Source of the DNA: a virus
Taxonomy: Duplodnaviria; Caudoviricetes
Length of the DNA stretch: 64,000 bases
Strand: one strand, 5' to 3'
Virus record (IMG/VR): IMGVR_UViG_3300047283_000054
Both the position numbers and the translations under genes were made by a program. This document shows positions 9,310 to 18,971 of this stretch, one piece after another. Under the pieces are notes generated by a model that was given only the letters and a program-made list of their open reading frames with translations, did no database searches and was not told the origin of the DNA. Within the stretch, counting starts at the first letter, position 1. Every line of letters begins with the position of its first letter.

Positions 9310-9597
9310 TTATTCAGTACCTGTATCAGGATGATTGGCACCTAGTTCAGTGATACTGAATGCTCCGGCTGTTCCTGCGACATTGATGTATGCAATATAA
9401 TTTCCTTGACCTACAATAACACTATTCAATACTGTATTTGCAGGAACGATTTCACAAGCTGTTAAATTTGCAGTAGTATTTGCATCGCCTATAGATATGG
9501 CAATGGCTGATGTGGATGTAGATATCCTTACTTTATCAGTATTGCTTGCACTTGATAATTGACTTGTACCATTTGCGGTGTATATTGTTGCTGCCAT
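9310..9597 (-). CDS. Small structural protein
   Basis: Beta-rich composition, within the structural cluster, SD AGGA. Confidence 0.6.
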   Translation of the reverse strand: MAATIYTANGTSQLSSASNTDKVRISTSTSAIAISIGDANTTANLTACEIVPANTVLNSVIVGQGNYIAYINVAGTAGAFSITELGANHPDTGTE

Positions 9598-9623
9598 TGT
9601 TAATTCCTATATCTTATTTATTC

Positions 9624-12437
9624 TTATAGTCTGCCTACGGCGACTTCTATTATGCCTTCGCCGGTAAAGTTTTCTAATGATTTACCAATAACTGTTCCCA
9701 TACCAGGATTGTTTGCTGGTCTAGCATAGCCATCACCACCTGACACTAACATATCACCTTTATTAATTGTTCCGCGAACTTTAGTTGGCACACGACCTTG
9801 TAGTGCTAATGCTACAATATGCTCTCCTTTGCATTTCATATTCATTACATATGCTGGATCAGTAGATACTACACCTGCTACTTTATTAGTTCCATCTTCT
9901 GCAATAGTAACTTCTTTATCTCCACCGAACGCTAATACTGTACCCGATTCATATACGGCATCTGCTTCATAATATTCTGCTAAGTCAGCATATGTCGCAT
10001 TAAGTCTTGATCCTGCACTTAGTGAGAAGTTACCAGTGAATGTGCCTGCATTAGTATTAGACCCGGTAGTAAATGTTACATTATTGCCACCAATTATTCC
10101 TGCATTTGCTGTATTTAAATTACCTACATTAGCATTACCTGAAACACTCAAGCTTGTCAATGTGCCTATGCTTGTGATATTAGGCTGTGCATTAGTTGTT
10201 ACCGTACCTGCAGTAGTTGCAGAACCAGCACTTGTTGCGTAAGTTGCATTTGCTACAGTACCGGTTACATTTGCACCAGTTAGTCCAGTTAATGCTTGAC
10301 CATTACCAGTAAACAATGTAGCAGACACATTACCGGCATTAATATCACCGCTAACCAATAAATTTCCTGTAATATTAGCAAGGGTGTTAGTCACAACAAC
10401 AACGTTAGGTGTTCCAGCTACACTGATGTTAACATTACTATCGGCAACGACTGTTACATTACTATTACCATTAACAATACTTGAGCCGGCAGCTATATTG
10501 ATATTACTTAATAAACCACCATCACCTAAGAATACGGCATTGCCGCCTGAATTACCACCAATTGTACCTAACGAGAATAGATTACCTACATTAGCATTAC
10601 CAGTAGCACTCAACGTTGTAGCAAATACACCAGCTGTACCCAAGTTGCCAATGTTTGCATTACCTGAGACTGATATACTTGTTAATGTACCAGTACTTGT
10701 AATATTTGGTTGTGCCGCAGTCGTTACTGTTCCAGCCGTTGTTGCTGATGTAGCAGAGGTTGCTGATGTAGCATTTGTTGCATTTCCTGCATCTAATGCA
10801 TATGTAGCGTTTGCAACTGTTCCAGTGACATTTGCACCTGTTAGTCCAGTTAATGATTGACCATTACCTATGATATTACCGACACTTACATTACCTGTCG
10901 TAGTAATTGTGTTATTACCATAACTTGCTAAGAAAGTTGCTACATCACTATTGCCATACGTTGCGGCAGCTGGAGCAAATACACCGTTGCCATATAACAC
11001 ATTACTTGTACTACCATCTAAATTGATTGGTGCAATATTGCCTGCACCAGAAACATTTGCAAGTGCTACACTATTTGCAGTTGAGGCATAACTTACCGCA
11101 CCACTTACGTTAGCACCTTGTATATTACTTAAATTGTTGCCACTACCTATAAAGTAATTACCTGTAATATTATTTGCACCATCTAAGTTGCCAGTAGTAA
11201 TGTTACCACTGACTGATAAACTACTTAATATACCAACGCTTGTAATGTTAGGTTGAGCATTAGTTGTTACCGTGCCTGCTGTTGTGGCATTACCTGATAT
11301 ATTTCCAGATATGTTTGCTGTTAGTGTACCTGAAATAATAACGTTAGTTGCATTGGCACTAATTGTTTGACTACCAATGTATATTGTACTGTTAGCCAAA
11401 TACAAATCATTAAATCTATTTGTGTTATTACCTAAATTGTATGTTATATCTGTGCTTGGTGTGATATTACCTGCAACAACTAAACCAGCAAGAGTACCTG
11501 TACTTGTAATATTTGGTTGTGATGCTGTCGTCAATGTACCGGTTAATAAGTTAGCTGATACATTTCCATTGGTAACAACGATATTACTTGAAGATAATTC
11601 TAAAGCACTATTTGCTGTAACATATGTTAATGATGCTGAACCAGTTAATACACCACTGACATTATATTGAATAGAACCGTCTACCCCAGCTGCCGGTGAA
11701 CTTCCACCGACTCCAAACGAACTGGTTGCAGTAGCATTTGGAGAGTTATCGTATATTAAATTTGCGCCACTGAATGCGTTAGCAAGTGTATCATCAGTAT
11801 ATAAACTTACTTCGCCAGTAGTACCAAAATTGTTAGCTACTTTAACATATAAAGTTTCACCATTGATTTCACTATTAGCATTACCTTCAACACCTAAAAT
11901 TGTAATTGCTGTGCCACTTACATAACTAACATTGTTAGGATTAAACGTCATTATTGCAGGGCTAGCATTTGATATAGCTATAATATTTGCAACTACAGTA
12001 GTCTTAGGGCTCCAAGATAAGGTACCAGAACCATCTGTTGTTAATACATATCCAATCGCACCTCCGCCAATTTTAACATTGCTAACACTACCTAAATGTA
12101 CAGGTATACCTGTATATGCATTAGCATTCCCTGCATTAGCCGTATTACCACCTGTATTTACCCACGAACCAGTTACGCTATCATATCCTAATATTTGTCC
12201 AGGTTGCAATGTGTTTGCAGTAATATTAACATTACTGTTGCCGCTACCTTGTACTTGACTAAAACTAATCTCTGAGTAGCTTGTTAGTACTTCAATGTTT
12301 TCAGGAGTCCCGGTAGTTTTACCAATGAATAGTCGGCTAGCATCTTGTGCAAAGCCAAATTGCGCTTCATCTAATTGTGGCAGGTCTACAAGGTTACCTG
12401 AACGCTGTTGGATTTTCGATATCTGTATAATGGCCAT
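9624..12437 (-). CDS. Tail fibre/spike with Mtd-N-like N-terminus and C-terminal intramolecular chaperone-like domain
   Basis: N-terminal IQISKIQQRSG...LPQLDEAQFGFAQDASRLFIG; repeated TAGTVTTxAQPNITS; C-terminal YADLAEYY...GVVSTDPAYVMN...LQGRVPTKV. Confidence 0.75.
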   Translation of the reverse strand: MAIIQISKIQQRSGNLVDLPQLDEAQFGFAQDASRLFIGKTTGTPENIEVLTSYSEISFSQVQGSGNSNVNITANTLQPGQILGYDSVTGSWVNTGGNTANAGNANAYTGIPVHLGSVSNVKIGGGAIGYVLTTDGSGTLSWSPKTTVVANIIAISNASPAIMTFNPNNVSYVSGTAITILGVEGNANSEINGETLYVKVANNFGTTGEVSLYTDDTLANAFSGANLIYDNSPNATATSSFGVGGSSPAAGVDGSIQYNVSGVLTGSASLTYVTANSALELSSSNIVVTNGNVSANLLTGTLTTASQPNITSTGTLAGLVVAGNITPSTDITYNLGNNTNRFNDLYLANSTIYIGSQTISANATNVIISGTLTANISGNISGNATTAGTVTTNAQPNITSVGILSSLSVSGNITTGNLDGANNITGNYFIGSGNNLSNIQGANVSGAVSYASTANSVALANVSGAGNIAPINLDGSTSNVLYGNGVFAPAAATYGNSDVATFLASYGNNTITTTGNVSVGNIIGNGQSLTGLTGANVTGTVANATYALDAGNATNATSATSATSATTAGTVTTAAQPNITSTGTLTSISVSGNANIGNLGTAGVFATTLSATGNANVGNLFSLGTIGGNSGGNAVFLGDGGLLSNINIAAGSSIVNGNSNVTVVADSNVNISVAGTPNVVVVTNTLANITGNLLVSGDINAGNVSATLFTGNGQALTGLTGANVTGTVANATYATSAGSATTAGTVTTNAQPNITSIGTLTSLSVSGNANVGNLNTANAGIIGGNNVTFTTGSNTNAGTFTGNFSLSAGSRLNATYADLAEYYEADAVYESGTVLAFGGDKEVTIAEDGTNKVAGVVSTDPAYVMNMKCKGEHIVALALQGRVPTKVRGTINKGDMLVSGGDGYARPANNPGMGTVIGKSLENFTGEGIIEVAVGRL

Positions 12438-12472
12438 AAGTGTAATTCTTTGAAGATTTACACTTATTTATC
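12436..12472 (-). promoter_or_regulatory. Late promoter GATAAATA overlapping a 10-bp hairpin that includes the start codon of the tail fibre gene
   Basis: ATAAGTGTAA (12436-12445) / TTACACTTAT (12458-12467); TATTTATC at 12465-12472. Confidence 0.7.
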
Positions 12473-12480
12473 TTAAAACA

Positions 12481-13167
12481 TTATAAGAACTTCATATAGT
12501 ATTGTTCAACCCTATTGAACCAAATGTCAGTATACTTGTCGAATTCAGAGCCTTCTAATATGAATTCCTGATAGAGATTATCAGCAGAACACATAAAAAT
12601 GACACCTTTACGTATCTTTGTGCCGTGAACTTCATTGTGTGCGTTTGCATAAGCCGCTAACTGAACAAAGTAATCTTCAATCCACTCACGTTTCTTGGGC
12701 TTGTTTGTTTGCTTATGGTCCATAATAGCTTCGTCACCATCGTGTACACCTACTAGGTCTGTCGTCCCTGCATAAACTTTCGGATAGTAGAGAGGAACTT
12801 CTGTACCCCAATACTCACTACACTTAATAAGACCTTGATTAATAATTGATTGGGCCATTTTATGGCTTTGCAAGCTATACGGATTGCTTCCGGGCTCATT
12901 GAGTACTCCTGTCTTAATGTAATCTTCAAGCCACTTGTGCATTCGTGTTCCACGACCTGCGGCTTCTGTTGTGATTTCTTGTGCTTTCTGAACACCCACA
13001 CGCTTACGCCAATTATTTAATGCTTGTTTAGATTCTTCACTTTTAGTAGCATCTAATATTGTAGTGACACTAGGAAGCTTTTCGCCATCTGGTGTAGCGT
13101 ATTTGCGTGAGCCGTTTATTGTTTCCCTAAGTAAGGGAGTATAATTATATTTGTTTGGAATGTACAT
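12481..13167 (-). CDS. PD-(D/E)XK exonuclease
   Basis: LPSVTTIL, GTRMH, EVPL, YAGTTDL, IMDHK and QLAAYA motifs; Met at 13167 lies 6 nt after TATAAT. Confidence 0.8.
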   Translation of the reverse strand: MYIPNKYNYTPLLRETINGSRKYATPDGEKLPSVTTILDATKSEESKQALNNWRKRVGVQKAQEITTEAAGRGTRMHKWLEDYIKTGVLNEPGSNPYSLQSHKMAQSIINQGLIKCSEYWGTEVPLYYPKVYAGTTDLVGVHDGDEAIMDHKQTNKPKKREWIEDYFVQLAAYANAHNEVHGTKIRKGVIFMCSADNLYQEFILEGSEFDKYTDIWFNRVEQYYMKFL

Positions 13168-13217
13168 TGTGTTATTATAAACTATTGACACACTAATTGT
13201 AAAGAGTAAAAGGATGA

Positions 13218-14027
13218 TTATAAATTTAGTTTAGATTTCATACGTTTTGCAAAATCATCGTGTATATATTCCGGATAATGAGAATTAGGTAATATAGGTG
13301 TAAATTTTTCGGGTATGTGATTTTCCCATATAGCAGTTATAGGTGTGTTTAAATCAAATTCTAAATAGGTTAATAGTGATTGAATGTCAGGATAATTTAC
13401 AAATTCTAAGTTTTTCCAATTGTTGAAAGTAGATGAACTATGAGAAATTATTTCAATTTCTGTTATTCCAAAATTTAGTAAACTTGTCTTAATGGATGAT
13501 AAATCTAACAAAAATCTAAAAAAGTATCCATATTCTGATTCTAGAGTTAATCTAACTTTTAAATATGCCTTTTCAATTGGTGAGCCATTTAGTAATTTTT
13601 GTATTCCTATATTATTATAAGTGGTTCGTGCACCATTGGGCATCATATCAAATATACAATCTCTATTGTATTCTGAAATTTGTATTATTGCAGTATCTAC
13701 TTTAATATTGTTTTTTTTAAAATTTAACAAATCTAAAAAGACTTTGGCTCTCCACATTGCAGGACTAGAACCACCGAACGAATGATTAATAACATTAACA
13801 TTAGCCAACGATGCTAATTTTGCAGGCCAAGCTCTTTTTAATTCCGCTTCATATTTGTCGTAATCTTTCCTAGATTCTAGTTCAAGTTTATAATCTTTAC
13901 TTATTAACCATTTATGATATTCGTTAGTATTTTTAGGATTAAATTTATAAAATGAATTAAAAGTGTGGTCTTCCAATTCTGCACCTGCAGAAAAACTGTC
14001 ACCAATTACGTATATGGTTTTAAACAT
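13218..14027 (-). CDS. SGNH/GDSL hydrolase-like protein
   Basis: GDSFSAG nucleophile block, NHSFGGSS, C-terminal SHYPEYIH; very AT-rich. Confidence 0.6.
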   Translation of the reverse strand: MFKTIYVIGDSFSAGAELEDHTFNSFYKFNPKNTNEYHKWLISKDYKLELESRKDYDKYEAELKRAWPAKLASLANVNVINHSFGGSSPAMWRAKVFLDLLNFKKNNIKVDTAIIQISEYNRDCIFDMMPNGARTTYNNIGIQKLLNGSPIEKAYLKVRLTLESEYGYFFRFLLDLSSIKTSLLNFGITEIEIISHSSSTFNNWKNLEFVNYPDIQSLLTYLEFDLNTPITAIWENHIPEKFTPILPNSHYPEYIHDDFAKRMKSKLNL

Positions 14028-14032
14028 GACTA

Positions 14033-14932
14033 TTAGTTGTATTGAAAGTTAAATCCAAGAATTTTTAGATACTCGTTTATCTGTTTGATTTGTTTAGGGC
14101 CGCAATTTTTTAAAAATCTACGGTGGAAGCCAAATATCTTTACTCTAGCATTCATCGTAATTAGTTTATCAACTGAAAAATCTTCATCTAAAAATAAATC
14201 AAAACTAGAAGGGGAACATGAAATATGTTTATTTTTTATATGATTGTAATCAACTATTGTGTTTTTTCCCAGGTCAATTTTATCATATGCTAAAAAAGAA
14301 TATAAAATAAACTCACTGATACCATAATTTATCTTACGACCATCAATGAATAAAAGTTTATAGAAAATGTCGTCTAGTATATTAGAATTTTTTAATACTT
14401 CGTATTCTATCTTAAACGGTGTTTCTGGTTTTAAAAAATATAAAGGTGTTACCTTTAAATCCAGCATATTTTTATACTGTGCTATAGCATCTACCCAACT
14501 TTTATCATTTCCATTTTTATATGGTTGATAGTCAAGACAATCGTCGGGAGGTTCGTTCACAAATTCTATAATGCCGGAGCCTATATAGCCATCCCATTCA
14601 TCAATGTTAGATGGCTTTATGAAGAAATTTTTACTATCTAAAATTAAATAATCATCTTTAACTAATTTTGCTATTGCAAGTTTACATACTTGCTGTGTAA
14701 AATGACCATATACATTTTCTTTATTTTCAAACAATTGTTGCTGTGGTATAATTCTTAACTCATGTTTATTATAAAATGGATTTAATAGTTCTTCCCAAGC
14801 TCCTATGTCGGTTATTTTCTCATTTATGATAACCCAGTGGCAACAGGGTTCTAAAAATTTGCTAATACTTTCAGCCTGTAATACCATTAAATGCCGTTCT
14901 TTATTACAAGTTACGGTTACTAAATGTTTCAC
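14033..14932 (-). CDS. Putative glycosyltransferase-like protein (DUF6492-like)
   Basis: GHFTQQVCKL, YLILDSKNFFIKP and SEFILY motifs. Confidence 0.5.
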   Translation of the reverse strand: MKHLVTVTCNKERHLMVLQAESISKFLEPCCHWVIINEKITDIGAWEELLNPFYNKHELRIIPQQQLFENKENVYGHFTQQVCKLAIAKLVKDDYLILDSKNFFIKPSNIDEWDGYIGSGIIEFVNEPPDDCLDYQPYKNGNDKSWVDAIAQYKNMLDLKVTPLYFLKPETPFKIEYEVLKNSNILDDIFYKLLFIDGRKINYGISEFILYSFLAYDKIDLGKNTIVDYNHIKNKHISCSPSSFDLFLDEDFSVDKLITMNARVKIFGFHRRFLKNCGPKQIKQINEYLKILGFNFQYN

Positions 14933-15252
14933 ACTCTAAAACTTTCTCCGCATCCGCATTTGTCACGTTCATTTGGGTTTTGAAATTCAAATCCCTCATT
15001 TAACCCATTACGTACATAATCAATGGTCATACCTTGAACGTATGCACAACTCTTTGGGTCAACATATAAATCGCAACCATTACAGTTTACTTTAATATCA
15101 TGTTCTATCGGACTATCAACATATTCAAGCACGTAAGCGAGACCTGAGCATCCTGTAGTTTTTACACCTATACGAATACCTAAGCCTTTGCCCCGTTTTT
15201 GTATTGTTTGTTGTATTTTGTTTGATGCTTTGTCAGTTATGCTTATTATCAT
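14929..15252 (-). CDS. iscA: Iron-sulfur cluster assembly accessory protein IscA (HesB family)
   Basis: GVKTTGCSGLAY and NPNERDKCGCGESF signature. Confidence 0.95.
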   Translation of the reverse strand: MIISITDKASNKIQQTIQKRGKGLGIRIGVKTTGCSGLAYVLEYVDSPIEHDIKVNCNGCDLYVDPKSCAYVQGMTIDYVRNGLNEGFEFQNPNERDKCGCGESFRV

Positions 15253-15569
15253 TGCATTGCATTCTTTGCCATTTGTGCTACGACTTTTTTATTTTCATCA
15301 GGCTCTAATTCTTGTTCAGGAGTTTGACCTTTGAATATAACGTTATCACCTTGAATGTTTTCTATACTCTGATTCAATGGAGGATTTTTAATCATATTAT
15401 ACAAATCAGACTTATCGATAATTATATCATTATCTCTATAGTATTGCAACAATTCTGGAACAGTCCAATCACTATGAACTTCACCGGAATCAATCTCACT
15501 CTTAAGTTGGCTGGTAGTAGCTACCAGCTTAACTAATAAGGGATTACCGGAAAACTCATACAAACGCAT
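15249..15569 (-). CDS. Hypothetical protein, probable virion protein
   Basis: ORF in a late operon; N-terminus MRLYEF. Confidence 0.6.
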   Translation of the reverse strand: MRLYEFSGNPLLVKLVATTSQLKSEIDSGEVHSDWTVPELLQYYRDNDIIIDKSDLYNMIKNPPLNQSIENIQGDNVIFKGQTPEQELEPDENKKVVAQMAKNAMQ

Positions 15570-15571
15570 GA

Positions 15572-16270
15572 TTATCTCTTAGGGCGACCAACACCACCTA
15601 GAGGCTCTTCTTCCGGAGCTTCAATATCAAGATTCATTTCTTCTTCGCCACCGCCTGGTAGTGGTTCTTCAATACCAACATCAGCATTCATATCGCCGCC
15701 CATATCACCACCAGCGTCAAAAGCTTCAGCACCACCTTGACCAGTGATACTATTCAATGCAGATTTCAATGTTGTTTGACTTTGTGTCAATGCGGCTTGT
15801 AGTGAAGTTAATGCTTCAGAAACTTGTTGATTGAATGTTTCGCTTTCGTTAACACCAATTTCAGATTGAACTGAATCTGTTAATGCTGGTAATTCTTTTA
15901 CTAACATATCAGAAACTTCTTCAACCATTTTCTGAACTTGGTCCACTAAGTCTTGTGCTGCCAAAACAACCTGTGACTTTTCAACTTCTTCGTTTTCTAC
16001 AACGATACGTGGTTTACGTAGGCTTATTTCAGCAAAATGCTTACTTAGTGCTTGTTCCATAAACACAAGTTTTAGGTATGACGAATTCTGTTGGCTTTCA
16101 TAGAAACCCGTAGATTTCTTTGTTTCGCTCATTAGACCGCGAACTTTGTTAAGCATATCTCTTGATTGAGCATACGACATTTTACGAACATTAAACGGAA
16201 CGTCATAATGCTCTTTTAACGCTTTAGTAGCGTTCTCAATTGGGTTTTTGTCAAAATCAGTTAATTTCAT
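15572..16270 (-). CDS. Acidic coiled-coil protein (prohead core/scaffold-like)
   Basis: Coiled coil, acidic Gly/Pro tail; GATAAATA upstream. Confidence 0.5.
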   Translation of the reverse strand: MKLTDFDKNPIENATKALKEHYDVPFNVRKMSYAQSRDMLNKVRGLMSETKKSTGFYESQQNSSYLKLVFMEQALSKHFAEISLRKPRIVVENEEVEKSQVVLAAQDLVDQVQKMVEEVSDMLVKELPALTDSVQSEIGVNESETFNQQVSEALTSLQAALTQSQTTLKSALNSITGQGGAEAFDAGGDMGGDMNADVGIEEPLPGGGEEEMNLDIEAPEEEPLGGVGRPKR

Positions 16271-16319
16271 AGTTGTATTCCAAGACTAATATAAAGTATT
16301 TATCTTTTTTCATTTATTG

Positions 16320-16802
16320 TTAGGATTTTGAATCAAATCTTTTCTGTTGCCAAGCATATGAATTTGCAATATATTGATTTAATTCATCACTCATAGCTTT
16401 TCTTTGAAACTTATCTTCATTCAATTTAGCAAGATATATCAATTTATCCTCTGTTTTTTTGGCTTTTTTGAACAGTTTAGAATGTATAGAGATATGTACT
16501 TCTACGCTACTTAAATGCATATCCAAATCAATAACCCTATCTGCTAACTGGTATTTACCTATCTTATCCATCACACACCAGCATACTGCATTCTTCATAC
16601 TAAAAAAAGAATTAACGTCATCGCCGTTATTTAACGACACTACAATGTCATTTGCATCTTTCTTTTTAATATGGTATTTGTTAAACAAACTGTATGTCCC
16701 GTCAGTATCCTTAAAAATCACAACATCTTGCAATTTTGCAAATTCTGAATTAGATATCATTTTATCTAATTTTCTATCAATTTTATTAACATCAATTCTC
16801 AT
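16320..16802 (-). CDS. Hypothetical protein
   Basis: ORF overlapping the stop of its upstream neighbour. Confidence 0.6.
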   Translation of the reverse strand: MRIDVNKIDRKLDKMISNSEFAKLQDVVIFKDTDGTYSLFNKYHIKKKDANDIVVSLNNGDDVNSFFSMKNAVCWCVMDKIGKYQLADRVIDLDMHLSSVEVHISIHSKLFKKAKKTEDKLIYLAKLNEDKFQRKAMSDELNQYIANSYAWQQKRFDSKS

Positions 16803-17247
16803 TGTTTAACACCTTAAAATAAATATTTCGTAATTCATCCGATGAATCTAAAAACGAGGGCAATCTATCCCAAGCATTTTTTGTTTTAATCATAGGAACG
16901 CTATCACAATCAGAATATAATGCGCCCAAATCAGAAGTGCCATCATTAAACACACTGGGGTGTTGTATCTCAAAATCAAAGGTCCAGCAAATTACTTGCT
17001 CATCATTTTCTAATAAGAATCCAAAATTCTCAAACTCATCAAACTTAATCTTATTGAAGATTGGTGTTGTGATGTTTTCTGGCTGGCTACGTAGTGAAAC
17101 AGCCTGCACAATAGTATCAAAATTACACTGTGTATTTCTGTTATGTAACCAAACTTCAGGGTCATCATCCATGCCCGGTTTAGAACGATTGACGATACCA
17201 GTCTGTGTGATATCAAATAATGTATAACAGCTTATTTTAAAACTCAT
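16792..17247 (-). CDS. Hypothetical phage protein
   Basis: Met at 17247 lies 5 nt after late-promoter variant TCTAAATA. Confidence 0.6.
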   Translation of the reverse strand: MSFKISCYTLFDITQTGIVNRSKPGMDDDPEVWLHNRNTQCNFDTIVQAVSLRSQPENITTPIFNKIKFDEFENFGFLLENDEQVICWTFDFEIQHPSVFNDGTSDLGALYSDCDSVPMIKTKNAWDRLPSFLDSSDELRNIYFKVLNNEN

Positions 17248-17263
17248 ACTTGTATTTAGAGGC

Positions 17264-17293
17264 AAAAAAAATCCGAGAATAAATCTCGGATTT
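17264..17293 (-). terminator. Intrinsic terminator
   Basis: ATCCGAGA/TCTCGGAT stem followed by a T-run on the minus strand. Confidence 0.8.
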
Positions 17294-17313
17294 CTTTGAA
17301 GTTAAACTTCTGA

Positions 17314-17736
17314 TTAGCTTGCGCTTGTAGCTGTAGAAGCTAAACGGAAACCAACGTTTGTTACAACAGCACCACTTAGGTCATAACCATTAACTGTACC
17401 TAAAGCACGAATTTGTGTTTGTAGGTCAGCCGCTGTGTATGCGCCAACTGGGTAAACTGCAACAGACATGTTAGTTGTGTTTGCTGTAGGCTGAACTGCA
17501 TAAATTGCAACTGTAGCTAATTGTTCGATAGAAACCATAACTTGTGCAATCATTTCGTCAACACCAAGTTGTGTTGTAGGAGCGGCGCCTAAGTCAAAAC
17601 CGAAGAAGTCTAATGCTGGACCATATAAATTAGTAGTCGTACCATCAGCTGCCGCTGTTGGAGCTACTGGACCATTTTGTACGTCAATTGCGAATACTGG
17701 TTGTGCATCGCCGTGTGTTCTTGTAAAACCTGCCAT
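17314..17736 (-). CDS. Probable abundant small virion structural protein
   Basis: Own late promoter (CATAAATA), strong SD, own terminator, strongly biased codon usage. Confidence 0.55.
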   Translation of the reverse strand: MAGFTRTHGDAQPVFAIDVQNGPVAPTAAADGTTTNLYGPALDFFGFDLGAAPTTQLGVDEMIAQVMVSIEQLATVAIYAVQPTANTTNMSVAVYPVGAYTAADLQTQIRALGTVNGYDLSGAVVTNVGFRLASTATSAS

Positions 17737-17816
17737 AATGAAATTCCTTTAAAAAGTTTGAATCGTATAGATTCATACTATTATTTATGCCTGGTAACAA
17801 AAAAAGTCGGTTTTGG

Positions 17817-18971
17817 CTACTGTCTTCCAGCCAAATTCTGGCGACTAAAGCCCATTCTATCTACAAATTTAAGACCGTGACTTACAAAACCCTCTTGAGT
17901 TTGAGTACCATCTTGTAAATATCCTTTGACAGGGGCTGTCATTGCGGCTTTATTAAGTTGATTTACTATATCCATTTTTAGATTATAGATAGCAACCCAT
18001 ATGCTAAATGCTCCAACTAGTCCTGCTTTATTGGCAGCTAAGTGCTGATTAATCTTCTCACGCATCTTATCAGTCATTGGTCTAGAGTTAACATATTCCA
18101 TGAAACCGTTTAATAACTCATTCAAGTCACCTGCTACAATACGTTTATTAATGTATGTAGTGAATAATTGATTGAATGTATTTCTAGCTTGAGGGGCTGT
18201 GGTCATTAACTGCTCTACTGCTTGTCCGTACTTTGCAATAGTTGCTTGTGCTTTTTTAAGCAACGTTGCATTTAACTTTAGTTTAGGAGTGATTGGCATT
18301 TTAGCAGGTAATATAGCTACATCACTGTTATTCTTAAGCTTACCTATAGTACCATCTAACGGAGTTGCTTGATCGGTTGTTAGTGCATCAGGAGCAATAT
18401 ATTGATGTACTACTATCCCTGAGTTTTTTCCATCAAAGAACTTACCTAAATCACTATTTGCATCTACTGTATATGTAATGCCATTAGGGTTTGCTTTGAA
18501 TGTGTACAGCCCGTTCTTTTCTACTAATGGTTTACTAAATAATAAATCTCCCCAATAATAGCCCTTACTTCTATCAGATTTCTCTAAGCCAGGCCATATC
18601 TGTGCAATAAGCTGATGCAAGTCTGAACGATTTACACCTCGTTCTTGGTCATATTGTGCAAACTGTTCAGGGCTGAATACTTGACGGCCACTACCATCTT
18701 TCTTATTGAACATATGCTTGTCTAATATAGTGAACTTACCATTAGTATTGCGACCAAATATCAATGCAGGATACCCGTCCCACTTAATCGTAACCTTATC
18801 TGGATTAGCTACTGTATCAGTCATAGCTTGTACAGCTTGATTAGCACCTTGTACACCACGTAAAAATATTAAATCTTCAGGATGGTCTAGGTGTCCCTTA
18901 TCTTCTGTTACAACATTGGTGATATTATCTACCTTATTTCTAAGATAAGCTAGTGTTTCTGATAGGTTCAT
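17817..18971 (-). CDS. DUF6267-like protein with ligase-type KxDG motif
   Basis: HLDHPEDL, TIKWDGYPALIFG, WGDLLF, QEGFV and KFVDR motifs. Confidence 0.55.
   Translation of the reverse strand: MNLSETLAYLRNKVDNITNVVTEDKGHLDHPEDLIFLRGVQGANQAVQAMTDTVANPDKVTIKWDGYPALIFGRNTNGKFTILDKHMFNKKDGSGRQVFSPEQFAQYDQERGVNRSDLHQLIAQIWPGLEKSDRSKGYYWGDLLFSKPLVEKNGLYTFKANPNGITYTVDANSDLGKFFDGKNSGIVVHQYIAPDALTTDQATPLDGTIGKLKNNSDVAILPAKMPITPKLKLNATLLKKAQATIAKYGQAVEQLMTTAPQARNTFNQLFTTYINKRIVAGDLNELLNGFMEYVNSRPMTDKMREKINQHLAANKAGLVGAFSIWVAIYNLKMDIVNQLNKAAMTAPVKGYLQDGTQTQEGFVSHGLKFVDRMGFSRQNLAGRQ

Noticed and set aside
8331-12258. Several plus-strand ORFs of 66-158 aa antisense to the structural genes
   Set aside because: These are shadow ORFs caused by codon bias in Thr/Gly/Asn-rich genes. 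They have no RBS, promoter or recognisable motifs. The same applies to most other short antisense or alternate-frame ORFs in the track.
9624-12437. Diversity-generating retroelement target, suggested by the Mtd-N-like N-terminus
   Set aside because: There is no reverse transcriptase and I saw no template/variable repeat pair differing at adenines. The internal repeats are ordinary coding duplications.
12481-13167. Exonuclease as Cas4 / evidence of a CRISPR system
   Set aside because: It lacks the Cas4 Fe-S cysteines. I saw no repeat-spacer array or other cas genes in the window.
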